This document shows positions 39,801-51,841 of a DNA stretch of 64,000 bases, piece after piece. The stretch is from Phoronis australis (lineage: Eukaryota; Animalia; Phoronida). The position numbers were made by a program, and so were the translations under genes. The stretch lies in assembly GCA_002633005.1 (NCBI GenBank), contig NMRA01000145.1:657873-721872 (forward strand), read 5' to 3'. Positions within the stretch are counted from its first letter, which is position 1; each line of letters starts with the position of its first letter. The notes under the pieces were generated by a model. The model was not told the origin of the DNA and searched no databases. It saw only the letters and a program-made list of their open reading frames with translations.

Positions 39801-41406
39801 TTTACGTAGCACTTTAAATTAGAATACATTAATCCCTGGTCACGAAATCGCCGGCATTAATCATCGACAGGAGAAAAGAACTTTGAACTTCTATGTCATA
39901 GTATCTCATGCGTTCACAGCTTAATTCAGTAGTGAGATATGAGTATAGACACGCTATTTTTAAATTATCTCTCGCTTAAGATTCATCCAAACAAGACTTT
40001 ATCCTGACTTACGACTGATGATCGCGTGAGCACAGTCGGAGTTCAGTGCAGGAAACGGTAACTATAGAGACCAGGTTCTTTAGCTATAGACTCAGTGCGA
40101 AGAAATAGTAATTCGAGCAGTTTCTTCTACAGTGGCAAAAGTGGTAAAACCCCAGAGCAAAGTTCACATGAATTACTTGCTGTAAAGAAATTGAATACAA
40201 TGAAGACTAAGCTGCGGCGAAATAGCATTGATTCAGAGACACTATTACTAATACCGTACTACTCACTAGCTTGATTTCCTGTGTTTGACAGTCAGACTAG
40301 TTTATTTTAAGGTTAAAAATTAAGTTCAGAATACCATAAGTTATTGACGCAATTATTGGAGGAAGTAGCATTATCAATAATTTATGGCATACCCCTGTTG
40401 CTTCGCCGAAATCGTTTCGACGAAGGCTTCCAGCTTTTTACACAGTTCAAACACGGAAATCAAAAGACCTACGACACTGGCAACGCGCAGTACGTAGCAT
40501 TTCTCGGTCAGATGGCGACCACCGCACAAAAGATAACAGACATTCACGATAGCCCAAAAACTGTGAAATACCGCCGTCTATTTTTGTTCTTTTCTTTCCT
40601 TTCCATTTGGTCTGATAGCGCACGGAACTGGAGAGAGGGCGACCACCTGAGTCACGTTAAGCCGAGCTGTGTTCGTGGGCAGGATTGGCCAGAAAATTTG
40701 ACTATTCATTGACATGCAAACCCATGTGTTTTTGTCCCACTGAAATTCCTTTCTCTGACCTCCTTGTTAATGAGTTTATCAGTTTCTAGAAAACGTGTTT
40801 GGTTTGGCTTAATTGCTACTGAGAGCAAAGGTGGCCATGACGTTCAACGAAATGAAAACACGTAAAACGTTCTTGGGTTTAAGTCTTGTCCTTTCTTAAC
40901 TAGCAATTGCACGCTCATCGTCACTTTGATGTCAAAAATTGTTGAAATTAACAATGTAATAGAATCCAGGCTACATTAGAGTTATTGTTTGACTCTGATT
41001 AAAGCATCAAAAATTTCAAAAAGCCGGGAAATTAGCCACGAGTGATCTTTTACTTTTTCACGAGAAAACAAGAATATGTTTGTCATTTTCCGTTCGACGT
41101 TATAATGTACACATATGTATTTAATGTACACGATAACGTCACACGGAAATGGACGAACTTCAGTTTGTATCGAACGAGCTTGCTATTGTCGACATTTAAG
41201 TACTGCGTTTTTGCATAGCAAACCAGTCAAAGATATTCCTCTGACTGCAGTCGATCGAGTTTGTGCTCTTCATCTTTATCCTCGTTGTCGGAATATTCCG
41301 ATATTGAGGTTGTTTTATTCAGATAACGTGCAATATTCTCACTCAACTGTCCGATTCGTTCAACAACTCTGCCAGTGACACGCAATCAGCTGTGTCAACC
41401 ATATGN

Positions 41407-41440
<34 letters not shown>

Positions 41441-44243
41441 TATGTGATTTATTTTCAGCATGTCGGCGACGTTACAACACTAGGTAAGCAAAAGGGTTTT
41501 TGAAAACATAAAGTTTTCAATATGTCGGTTATTCATTGTTCATGTGAATATGTACTTTCTCTGTTTTCATTTTGCCTTGGGTAACCGGTACTTCAAAGTA
41601 CATTGTGATTTGACGTATCCGTCTATATAAAAAGGTCAATGAAATCACACTATTGTGCGTCACTAACGTCGCCATGGTTTTTAGACGTTTTTTATTATCA
41701 AACTCATCCAGTGGATAATAAGTTATATGCAACCCAGTTTCAACAAAACAGACTAGGGTTTTTAACCATGTCGATGAATCGATGGAAGCTACCGTTAGTC
41801 TTTTCTATTGGGTTATGAAAATTCCGCTGCATATTAAAAATCAGAAACCACGTATGTCGTTATCTCGGCGATCAACCTCACGCTAGCCGCGAAGACCAGA
41901 CCGTAACGCAAAGCTGCCTGGCCAGACGACACCTGAGAGTAAAAAATACCCAATCGAAAATGGTAGCACGACTCCTACCCTTGCTACAGGAGGGCCCCCA
42001 TGTTGTGAGACGACTGATATATATTACCTTGAAAGTCACGTTTAATCACGGAGGATTATAAATTGATATTTTAAATTGATGCCCGAGCTGAAGGGGAGAC
42101 ACCATAGGCACAATGGAGGGTTGGGAAAGAGCCCTTCAAAGCAGAAAAATAATTCTGGTGTTTAAACACGGTCAGACTATTTGGTTCATCCGTCTTCTAC
42201 GTTTTACGGTAGTAACCAAGCAATGACTTGAATCTGTATGCTTTAAAACTTATTATGACCAGCAATCTCAAATCGGTTGCATATTAGGTATTGATTTATT
42301 TCATGAGTGTGCGCTAATCTAAATCAGATCTATAATACCGTCCTCATTGAACGCGTATGACCGATAAACTTACACAAGGTCAGCGAAATGGCATCAAAGG
42401 AGTTTGGCGTTGTTTCCAAATTTGGTTTTACATTGCTTCCCTTCATAACATCTTTGGAACTGTGTTTGAATCTCCCTTTGAGTTATCTTGCGTATGGGAC
42501 ATTATCGGATTTTGCGGCTGGAAAACGCAATTGGGAAAATTGATGTTGTATGGGATAGACTTTTAAGTTATTTGCTAATTGACCAAAGCTGTAAAGCGAA
42601 ATAATCCGTTGTGTTTTTGCGATTTTTCTTACAAATCGCCAGTTCTTGCTTTTTGTCTGGCTGACATTCATTGAAATCAAAGACGGTGTCTTTGCCGTTT
42701 AAATACTCTTAAAATCCTGTGGCATTGAACGAGTGGGTTTTGGCTCGCTGGCAGAGAGTTCGACTATTTCGTACTGGGTACTGGGTACTACTGCTCACTC
42801 ATGTATAATTTCTTTTCTTGCCGAGAATGTCCCTTTAAACCCAATTCCATAACCGAGTACTCAATTTGATGAAAATTTGAATAACTGGATAACGTCCCGT
42901 CCAAAACCCGTATCATCAAGAATATCAGACAATCCCCTTAATTCATGATCAGTTGTTATCGTAGAAGTCGTGCATGGAACAACTCACTACAAGTGACTGT
43001 CACGTTGAACAATGTTGGTGACGTCATTCATGACAATGGGAATTTTTCAGAGCGGGAATTAGGTCGTTCAGGCAATTCAAAGCACGGAATTAGTCTTGAG
43101 TAGCCAACTTCGACATAATGCCAGACCAAAGGATAGCTGGCCAGGGGTGAAATTTGGAAAGGGTGCCCAAACTTTGATATCGTGATTCTGTGTCGTTGGC
43201 AAGCTAATCTTGTCTAACAATCGGCGAAGCAGGTCCCAGAATTTTTTTCATTTAGGAAATGAAGTCTTGTCAGCCTAATGCAGGTTAAATTTCTATCACA
43301 GATTAATAAATGGCGAGAAAACTGCTTGAACATTTCTTTGGAAGTTAGCAGTTATTGTGGCCAGAGGGTCAGAGACAACTCACAGTGTGGGTCGCTTCTT
43401 TTAGCCACGATATGGATTACCTGCCTTCTAAAGAACTGGCGGGTCTTTGACTTAGACTTCATGCATTGTTCTCAGGATCCCGTTTCAGTTACGGCGGAAT
43501 AAAGATTTAGCTCTAGAAATGGTTTATTGAAACTTCCCAGTAACTATCTGTGTTCTACGAGACTTTGCACTTTTGCTCAAGTGAGATTTAATTATTCTTC
43601 ACAAACAGTTGTGTCATGGGCGACGCACTATAGGGGGCTGGGGGGCTATGGTCCTCCACTTTTTTCAGTGCTACGCGCACATGGTCCAGAGGCGGTGTTG
43701 CACCGCCCATGTGTGTGGCGCGTAAGAAGACATTTCTCGTTTCATGATAAAACAAGATCCTGGGAACGAATGGGGGGATAAAAGAAGGTAAGAACAAATG
43801 ACTATACACAGGGGATGATTTAGGGGTGCAGGGCCCGCCCCTTCCCACGGGCGCGATCGAAGGTGTCATCAGCGTGCCGTGTTATGACTTACGCCGGCAT
43901 TTTCTTTTGAAAGCTGTGGTTGCCCTTTCCCTCTAGGACATCTTAGATCATCCAGTGACACGCAAAACTTGAGTCACCAGTTGTATGCAGATGCGGCCCC
44001 GGGGTCCGGCATGGGTGCCTACTGTAAGAAATCATAGCAGGGGAGATTATGCGCTGATCCTAACTCCAGAGAACCAAGTTTGGCAACTGTAACTCCGTGA
44101 AATCGTGTATCGTGTATCGACTGACGAATTCAACGGGTCACCTTGCTTTTAACTTACCTGAATTTCAAAGGAACACCTCCCGACGATCGGGTGTTGTTGT
44201 CACGAAATTCTGTCGTTGGCCTACCATAATCTTGAGGACACAT
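21619..44243 (-). CDS. MMD2: Monocyte-to-macrophage differentiation factor (MMD/MMD2, PAQR11/10; hemolysin-III family 7TM protein); spliced gene model
   Basis: complement join(44243-44158,35492-35411,33787-33630,27563-27489,25982-25881,23209-23140,21834-21619) = 789 nt. Motifs EHVANVLTHG, STTFH, DRAVIYVFIAASYTPW, FFKSDGYIPFAHAIWHCFV. Probably co-orthologous to vertebrate MMD and MMD2. Confidence 0.9.
22186..22438. mobile_element. MITE with ACGCAAGACACTTG / CAAGTGTCTTGCGT inverted ends
   Basis: Subterminal inverted repeat; a similar left end recurs near 51772-51815. Confidence 0.6.
23140..23209 (-). CDS. MMD2: MMD exon 6
   Basis: ttcag|(R)YKGLETLLYLMMGICPAVAVFAM|gtaata. Confidence 0.92.
25440..25640. 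mobile_element. MITE family D (related pieces near 13515-13625 and 25791-25852)
   Basis: ggagcacttcgggtattttcgtagcctc / gagtctacggaaatacccgaggtgttcc inverted ends; gtgactttcaaactgg...cgcagataacgttcac shared with the 13515 copy. Confidence 0.65.
25881..25982 (-). CDS. MMD2: MMD exon 5
   Basis: ttgcag|(W)LTLKDLKQWGAQILYVVWFMAILGILYQYLFHE(R)|gtgagt. Confidence 0.92.
26525..26600 (+). mobile_element. Possible tRNA-derived SINE head
   Basis: B-box GGTTCGATTCC at 26577 in a degenerate tRNA-like context; no full cloverleaf. Confidence 0.35.
27489..27563 (-). CDS. MMD2: MMD exon 4
   Basis: tttcag|NLKNVFHIGDRAVIYVFIAASYTP(W)|gtacgt. Confidence 0.92.
28050..28112 (+). mobile_element. Possible tRNA-derived SINE head
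   Basis: A-box-like TGGTCTGTTGG and B-box-like GTTCAAATCC with tRNA-like spacing. Confidence 0.35.
29970..30573. mobile_element. Foldback/MITE with long imperfect inverted arms
   Basis: CTGGGTCCGGGGTCT vs AGACTCCGGACTCGG termini; inner arms gtaaaatctcgagatttcgagatca vs tgatcacgaaatctcgagtttttac. Confidence 0.7.
33630..33787 (-). CDS. MMD2: MMD exon 3
   Basis: ttctag|LLIMPSTLALIWML...VYGCALLALFTISTTFHTISYTGKF(R)|gtaagt. Confidence 0.92.
34749..34996. mobile_element. MITE family B (CATGCGCGCACCCAG TIR, 5-bp TSD)
   Basis: CATTC direct repeat on both flanks; homologous to copies at 46331, 50749 and 61623. Confidence 0.8.
35411..35492 (-). CDS. MMD2: MMD exon 2
   Basis: ttccag|LMNTRAKPGQAYIPTNIEHVANVLTHG|gtaagt. 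Confidence 0.92.
38749..38877. mobile_element. Short MITE related to the 29970 family
   Basis: cctgggcccagggtc...ttcgagttgagttcgagtacagagacccgggtcctgg. Confidence 0.5.
39613..39705. repeat. Degenerate (CATA/CA)n microsatellite
   Basis: Direct reading. Confidence 0.8.
43615..43711. mobile_element. Tiny MITE, family A
   Basis: CATGGGCG...CGCCCATG flanked by TGTGT on both sides. Confidence 0.75.
44158..44243 (-). CDS. MMD2: MMD candidate first coding exon
   Basis: MCPQDYGRPTEFRDNNTRSSGGVPLKF(R) with a perfect AG|gtaagt phase-2 donor matching exon 2; no recognisable homology, so tentative. Confidence 0.55.
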
Positions 44244-45410
44244 TTTGACCGAATGAAGCACCAGGAAAGAGCCACAAACCTACTTACAAAAGCAACATTC
44301 ATTGATGCATGTCTCACTTTTCAGTAAGTGCATGTTCGTTAGATGTGAGACCATCAGCTATTAGCAATTCCGGTAAAATTAGATCCGTCAACCAGTCTTA
44401 ATCCAAAATTGAATTCATGCGCAAACCTTCTGCGAATAGTTCACATGCAACAGGATTAGATCTTCTTGTTTTTTTAAAATTTCTAACGCGGAATATTACG
44501 AAATAATCAACGCGTGTCTCCCTCAATGATGTCGAAATACACGCCCTGTGGACTGTTGTGGTCAGCTGTTCGAATGCAGAAGTCAGACACCAAACGTCTA
44601 CTGACGCGCTCCTCGCAAGTTGAACGGAAACGTAACGACGTTTTCCAACACGCAGAAAAATATCTCCACACCCACAACTCCCTCTTGACTCTAAGCAAAG
44701 TGGAAAATAAATTACCCGCTGCTATACACCCAACCGAAGCTTATCGATTTTTCCCTGCGCTGGCTATTTGATATTGTATTAACCGACTCAAGTATCGTAT
44801 TTATTGTGTTAGAACATGGGATTTTGCTGGTATTATTCAATTGTTTTCTCAACCTAGTAAAGCAATCGATCAACATTCCACGATTAAGACTATGCATTTT
44901 GTAATTATACACGTGATAAACTGCAGCGGTAAGTTTTGTATTATTCCAGGCAACGTTGTTATAAGGCGTAGGAATTTTTAGTGAGATGGGGTGGTGGTCG
45001 TAATAAATGTGACAGCAATCTTTCTGCTCCGGTCGACACCAGGTTCGCCTCCACTCCTTCGGTCACAATCCACTGAGTTTCTTCCAGTTTAACCTCTCCA
45101 CCCCATGTCGACACGTGATATACCTCCGCCCGCACCCCCTCGACACCAATTTGGCCCACACGTTCGCCCCCTTTTGGTCGCTTTGTAATGGGGCGCTGCC
45201 TCTCAGCTTCATCAGTAGGAGCGGGGCGCCCGCCCCCCCTCGCTTCATACGTCTATGGTTATTGATTGAACTATTCCAGCTCAACTTGTTAGACCAGCAT
45301 ATACGGAAATGTGCGCATTTGTGATATCATTCTTGAAAATACACCACAACAAAATATTTTAATATGTCAGCAACTCCCCCTTGCTCAGGCCGCAGGCATG
45401 AGCATAACCA

Positions 45411-45563
45411 GCCTCCCGTGCAGTAGCGCTAGGACCTCGCTAAAACGCAAAACTTCGCGAGATTACGTGAGGCAATGCCGTGTATTTTAAATTAGAACAC
45501 GTGACTTTGACTAGATTTTAGCTAGGTCCTAGCGTAGGTCCTAGCCTAACTGAACGCACGCCG
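45411..45563. mobile_element. MITE family C, copy 1
   Basis: cagtagcgctaggacc...ggtcctagcctaactg inverted ends; close match to 47674-47817. Confidence 0.7.
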
Positions 45564-46330
45564 GGAATGCTTTCTTAGGCAGACTGAAGACGATCAGTAA
45601 GAACGATCACACGCTTCGGTAGTAATGCAAAGCGACATCTTGCGAAAAATTCCGCGATCTTGAGTTTTTGCGAGTTTCGTGCGTTTACGGCGAAGGCAGG
45701 CCTGATTAAAAAAATCGAATGAGCGTAGAATATTGATAAGTAAGTACGAAGACAATTTCTTCAGCAACTTTAGCAGTTGACAAGTCCTGAAGAGAGATTT
45801 TGTAGAAATTACATAACTGCTCATGACTTGTCTAGTTTCTTTCCAATTGTTTAACATCCTTCCACTATCACGATTTTATTCATCCAAGAGTGACTGAATG
45901 TGACAAATCCGTTCATCGGCTGGGATAGAAATACTCGACGCCTTTCCTTAAGCACAATTTTACTAATTGCCAAAACGCTTTGGGACTAATAACTATGTTT
46001 ATATATCAGATCGTTTGTAAATAGATTTCTCTAGAGCTTCAACTTTTGCGTCAGTCCTTTATTCTTCACAAAATTTACTTGATTATTAGAGTTTCTTAAA
46101 TCAAACATTGCACACTTAATTTGCTGTTTATAGCCTCTAATTCCTCACGACGCCACGGTAGCGCTGCATTTTCTCAAATTTAACTGTACAGCAGGGATAG
46201 ATAATCGTCAAGAAAGGCATTACCAGATGATGCCTTCTTGGCTGCACGTAACTGATGTATGGTGTCGGTCCTCCACCCTACTGTTTGCAATACGGTTGAC
46301 CACCATTAGCTAACATGTCCATAAACTAAT

Positions 46331-46587
46331 CATGCGCGCACCCAAGGGGGGCTCGGGGGCTCGAACGAGCCCCCCATTTGGCGAAGTGGGCAAAAAGGTC
46401 CGCCTGAGAGAAACAAAAGGTCCTAGAAAATGAGACAAAAGTCCACTAAACAAGCACAAACACGCAATTCACAGTGGTGCGCCGGTTTTGTTTTTGTTTT
46501 TGTTTTTTTAGTCCGCCGGCTATTACCAAAAGGTCCACGACGCTAGGAATTCGAGCCCCCCATATAGAAGGTTGGATGCGCGCATTG
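46331..46587. mobile_element. MITE family B, opposite orientation
   Basis: CATGCGCGCACCCA...TGGATGCGCGCATTG; flanks CTAAT/CTAAC. Confidence 0.78.
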
Positions 46588-47673
46588 CTAACTACAGCGT
46601 TTAGCTTTCCATCTATCCCAATCATATTCATGGACTTCTAAACTTGTAATTAGCAACATGACCCTGTGTCTGTGAAACGCTGCGAAAAGCACGGATACAT
46701 TTAATCCCACAAATCAATTTTAAAGTTTGACACGAAATCAAATACATCAGTAGATAATAAACCATAATGCAACAGCCGTTGTTAGATAAAATGTCTAAAT
46801 GTTATGTCGAAACCAACCGTTATATCCGCAACAAATTCGAACAATAGGTAATTTTCCAAATGGATTGATAACATTATCTTTACTGGCCCTTGTCATATTA
46901 AAGTTATCCGATTCACGCCATTCACATGAGGGCAAAAATTCTGTACAAAAACTCATTGGATGTAATTGAGGAGATAACCGTTGGGATCGTCTGCAATTAA
47001 ATTAATCCATATAGAAATGGCTTCTTTCATACCATTCCAAGATNCTACCCCCCCCCCCCCCCACCATTCTTTTCACGTACACTGTCGCGTCCTCAGGTGG
47101 AAGATAAATACAACAAAATGGTATATCTTTCTCAGTACAAAATAAAGTCTTATCAGTTAACAAGAAAATGCCGAAATCAATTTTATGACAAACTCAAGTT
47201 CAACAACGCAGAGTTAAGCAACTTTTTAGCAAGCACAGTCGTAGTCCACCGGAGTTTCCCCCGAACATTGTTCTTTACATTATTTCTCCAGAAGCATTTG
47301 TATCCAGGCAAAAATTAGCAAACCGATTTTTATTCTTTCCCTACATTTCCAGCTAGCAAGCTCAACTGAACGTAAGTTGTCAACGACGCTCTTGCATTTT
47401 ATTTAGCTACCTAAGTTGTGTAATTTAAAGTCGTGTTGCACGTATTTCGGAACTCCAAGAAGACGCCATGTCCTGGACGCTAACCATATCTGTTATCTTT
47501 CTTGTTTCACTCTCTTAACGCTGCTCTCTTATTCGTCACAAATGAAGTGTTTTCTGTCTTCAGTTGGTGAATAGGGACGATTTCGATAAGGGTGTTTATC
47601 CCTATCACTTCTCCTTATTTGTGAACTATTTGGAAAGTGATTTACAAAATTTAAAGGCCCGTAGGTAAATACT

Positions 47674-47817
47674 GCCTCCCGTTCAGTAACACTAGGACCT
47701 TCGCTAAAAAGCAAGACTTCGCGAGATTACGTGATATATTGCTGTGTATTTCAAATGACTTTGGCTAGATTTTAGCTAGGTCCTAGCGTAGGTCCTAGCG
47801 TTACTGAACGCACGCCT
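47674..47817. mobile_element. MITE family C, copy 2
   Basis: gttcagtaacactaggacct...aggtcctagcgttactgaac inverted ends. Confidence 0.72.
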
Positions 47818-48390
47818 GGTCTTACATTTACCGGTACTGCTGTGTGCAGAAGAGGTGATTATAGGTACCGAAACAGTTATTTCTAACTATGCAAATACGA
47901 ATTATAAAACTAGAAGAATTTTGATATAAATATGTAAGTCTCATACGAATATATGAGCAATGCAAATGATGGTACTTGAGAACCCATGAATGAAAAGTGA
48001 AAACGGTACGAACGACCTCAGATTATAGAAGTTTGGGTCTTTAGTTTGCTAACTGTATATTCGCGAAAGCGCAGAAAACACTAGCTGACAAAGCGGCATT
48101 GTTTGTATTTAAAAAGAACATGATTACATATTCTAACATCCCTGTACAAACATATTACCGATTGTATTCTGTGGGTCTGATTTACATGCTCTGCTGTTAC
48201 CAAGATTTGATAAGGTGAGCAAAATAGTAGTCAAGAACTTTATGCAGACTCGTGATTTAAATCCCTTGAGAAAAAATTATTAAATATATGGACGTTGCTG
48301 AGAAACGTAGGATTGAGATCCTTGAAATGGATTAATTTTGGCTAAGATAATCTGTACTGTCTTTATACAATATAATTGTGTTGGTCGGAG

Positions 48391-48576
48391 GCCTTTTACA
48401 CGAAAATGGAGAATCCTACACGAGCTTCAGGTTTATGACATGGGCAAAACTTCTTGGAAATTTCGTCAAAAATAAATCCCTTTGCAAGCCTCGGGATTTT
48501 GACGAAATTTCCAAGAGGTTTTGCCCATGTCATAAATCTGAGACGAGAGTAGGATTTGTTTTCTCACATTAAAAGC
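48391..48576. mobile_element. Palindromic MITE / long hairpin
   Basis: 45-nt arms 48427-48471 and 48497-48541 are complementary except two G-T positions. Confidence 0.75.
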
Positions 48577-48789
48577 TCGACGTATCTAAAACTTTCAACC
48601 ACATGACCCACTTTTGTAAGAACACTGCGCACTGTAAAGTAATTCACCTACTTTTTGTTGATAGTTTTATTTTAAGCTTAACGATTGTAAATTGCATTCA
48701 GCTTTCGTAGCAAATGTTCAAGTTAGAATCTAATAAATATTTGTGGCGGTGGACAGGATTGTTCATACATGAACAACCCTGCCCATGTG

Positions 48790-49550
48790 GCACATACTGA
48801 GCCACAACACCACGTTCCTTACAATATCTTTTTTATCACTCCGGCTGGTCTGCTCACTCAGCTTGTCCGGAACCTGCTTTGCAGGTTGTTATAGCCCAGT
48901 TGGCTGTTTGATGTACCCACTTGGTACTTTATTATATTATATTTGCCCATTTGGCAGTTGTACCCTCAAGCTACAGTACATTCGCTCGTAAGTTTTCCCA
49001 AGTAGACCATTTGATACCTCTCCCACCCTCCCTACCCTGGGTTTCACAAAATGTCAATTCAACCGATTTATATCTTTTCCACCTTCCCTACCTTTTGTCG
49101 AACAAAATCTGCTGTTGGTTATTTTTGTTATTGCAGCCATTGCTGGTACCTCGTTCAAGCCCGGAGCGTGTTACCGTCAAGCACGAAGAGACGTCCTTGG
49201 CTAGCGACCAGACCTGTACTCGAGCGTCCATCACTGCAGCTTGCCTCTCTCCACCCCGGTCGCAGCGCTCAGCACATACTGAGCCACAAAACCACATTCC
49301 TTACAATATCTTTTTTATCACTCTGGCTGGTCTGCTCACTCAGCTTGTACGGAACCTGCTTTGCAGGTTGTTATAGCCCAGTTGGCTGTTTGATGTACCC
49401 ACTTGATATTTTATTATATGATACATGTAATTGCCCATTTGGCAGTTGTACCCATTTGGTACTTGTTATTGAATTTGCCGTTTTGCTCGACCCAGTTGGT
49501 AGGCAATCGGCCAATACCCATTTGGTATTATGTACCCATTTGGTACTATG
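48790..49550. repeat. About 180-bp direct repeat (48790-48965, 49272-49453) followed by TACCCATTTGGTA subrepeats
   Basis: gcacatactgagccacaa...ggcagttgtaccc occurs twice. Confidence 0.85.
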
Positions 49551-50748
49551 CTAACCTGTGCCACTTAGTATCCGATACTCAATTACACATTGGGTATCGT
49601 AAATGTGTGTGTTATCTCTTGTAATTAAGGAACCCACCTGGTTCCTTATGTGAAATATTCATTTGTAGAGCTGTGGCCCTGAAATTCCCAATACAACCTA
49701 AAATGTATATTATTGTTGTTGTTTTATTTGTCCCCAATAAATAGTCTTTGAAGTTGTAATACTAAAGTTACACTGAATTGACCTTGAGACACCACAGCTA
49801 GACAGTCTCGCCGCGTTTTTTGAGTTGGGGCTCGTCTCCATTTAAATGAACGTGGATATGGAATTATCCGCCGAAGATGTGTCCGTTTAAGAAATTGTTT
49901 GCATGTCTTTCCGACTGGCAGTATGTACAGTAATCCGTTCAAATTTTTCATTCACCAAATCAAAGATCCCTCTGATGGTTACATCGATGCCCTTCGATCT
50001 GTCAACGACTGGGCTTCAACAGGATAAATTTAGTATCCTTTTGTACGGCCAGAAAATCATAGTTGGACCTTGTCTGATTTTTTTTTCGAAAATCAAGTCG
50101 GTGGTACGATATTTTTAGTTGTTCTTGTTTTCAAAGAAGAAAATCTATCTGAAACGAGCAAAAACGAGTAATGGTAGAGACCATAACCCGCAGCTACGCT
50201 TCAGTTGTTCGCTGATGGCATGACCGGCTTGGCACTCATTGGAATCATAGTGTCGCCTGGAATAACTGATATTGTGTAAACGATCAAATTTATAATGTCA
50301 GGCGTGGTACTCGTTCGACAGACCAAATTGGGTGTAAAACGTTTGCATAAACTCAAAAAATGAAACAAGAATGACACCATTGGGATGTTGGCGAGTAGAA
50401 ACAGATCTGCTACAACTCTTGTTGTAAAAAGTAAAAAATAGACAACTTTTTTTCTCTTTTGCCAAGAAGATTTCTGTATTTTTAAACTTCAAAACAACCT
50501 TCCATATACCTACATGTTTACCTATATCTTTGATATGCTAAAGTCACTAAGCTTTTGAACCAGGGCAACAGTCGGTCTTGCTGCATTTTCACCCACGGAC
50601 GTCATTTTTAAGATTTTAGTAATCACGCATCACTGTTACCTTTATACAGATGAACTGACAACAGAAACAAGTTGGCATTTTCACGGATAGCGAGAACGTC
50701 ATATCATTGCCGACCGCTGATCACCTGTTAAAAGAAGGATGGTGAACG

Positions 50749-50987
50749 CATGCGCGCACCAGCCTTCAATGTAGGGGGTTCGAATTTCTGTCGATGTGGA
50801 TCTTTTGCTGGCAAAATATCGACAGGACTAAAAAAACGGGGTACTATCTTCAAAAGTGCGTCTGCGTCTTTTTAGTGGACTTTTGCCTCTTTGAGGCGGA
50901 CCTTTTTGCACACTTCGCCAAATGGGCGGGGGTTCGTTCGAGCCTCCGAGCCCCCCNGCCCCCCCCCCCCCCCTGGGTGCGCGCATG
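50749..50987. mobile_element. MITE family B
   Basis: CATGCGCGCACC...GGTGCGCGCATG; GAACG on both flanks. Confidence 0.82.
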
Positions 50988-51841
50988 GAACGTTTTGGAC
51001 GTGTTCACCAAAAACTGGTTCCGATGCTAGTTGATGCCGGCTCCAATGTTACCTCCCTTAGGTGATAAATGCAGTGTTCGACGAAGTTGGTGGGTCTTTC
51101 GTGTACCTCGCCTTATGCGTTAGTAAGGCATGTCGGTTACGGTATTTTCAAACTTGCTCCAAACTTATGAGTAATGAAAACATTAACAGAGGATTAATTC
51201 ATTTAAAAGTTCAACGATTGATTCAAGGGGAAGATTCGTAGCCACTTCCTTTGTTTATCATAATTTAAAGTTTGGATCTTGTGCCCAACCTACTTCAGTA
51301 GCGTGGGCCCTATGTACGAGCAAGACGGCGTGTGTAATAAGGTTAACTCGCCGTATACCACGGGATCAAAGACAATTGTTTTCAAAAATGGCGCTGCATG
51401 GGGCTTTAAGGATTCATGTTTAGTCGGCCAAAAATGAAAATCGAATTCGAGATTTTACTTTCGTAATATCAGTCTCGTCATAATCTTTACTCTCCAAGAT
51501 TCTATTTAACTTACCAGCACGAACATGGAAACCATCAGCGACTCAAGAAACGTTTCAGAGTAACAGTTAATTGTGGTTGCATAGCCAACATTAAAATTGC
51601 GCTTTCTGACTCGAGAATGGAAATGGAATTCTATCACGGCAAAGAGTAATAGGAGGCCGATTTTATGAGAGTTCAATCCTTAATTCGATTTCCCTTAGCC
51701 GGCTAAACAGGGTACGTGGAAAAGGAGCACCAAGTCTTACAAACCTCTCAGAGATTCTCGTTTTGCAGTGACCTGGCGCATGTTCTGCAAACGCCGGCAA
51801 GACACTTGCGAGACAACTGAGCGAGAAATTTTCACTTAGGA

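Noticed and set aside
41406-41438. Poly-G run with an ambiguous base (similar runs near 47044 and 50957)
   Set aside because: Homopolymer length is unreliable and probably an assembly issue; no functional claim possible
48921-49554. 151-aa and 167-aa ORFs
   Set aside because: Overlap a direct repeat; no recognisable domain or splice support
49730-50070. Coding-looking - strand stretch with several stops
   Set aside because: May be a transposon or pseudogene relic, but no family is recognisable without a search
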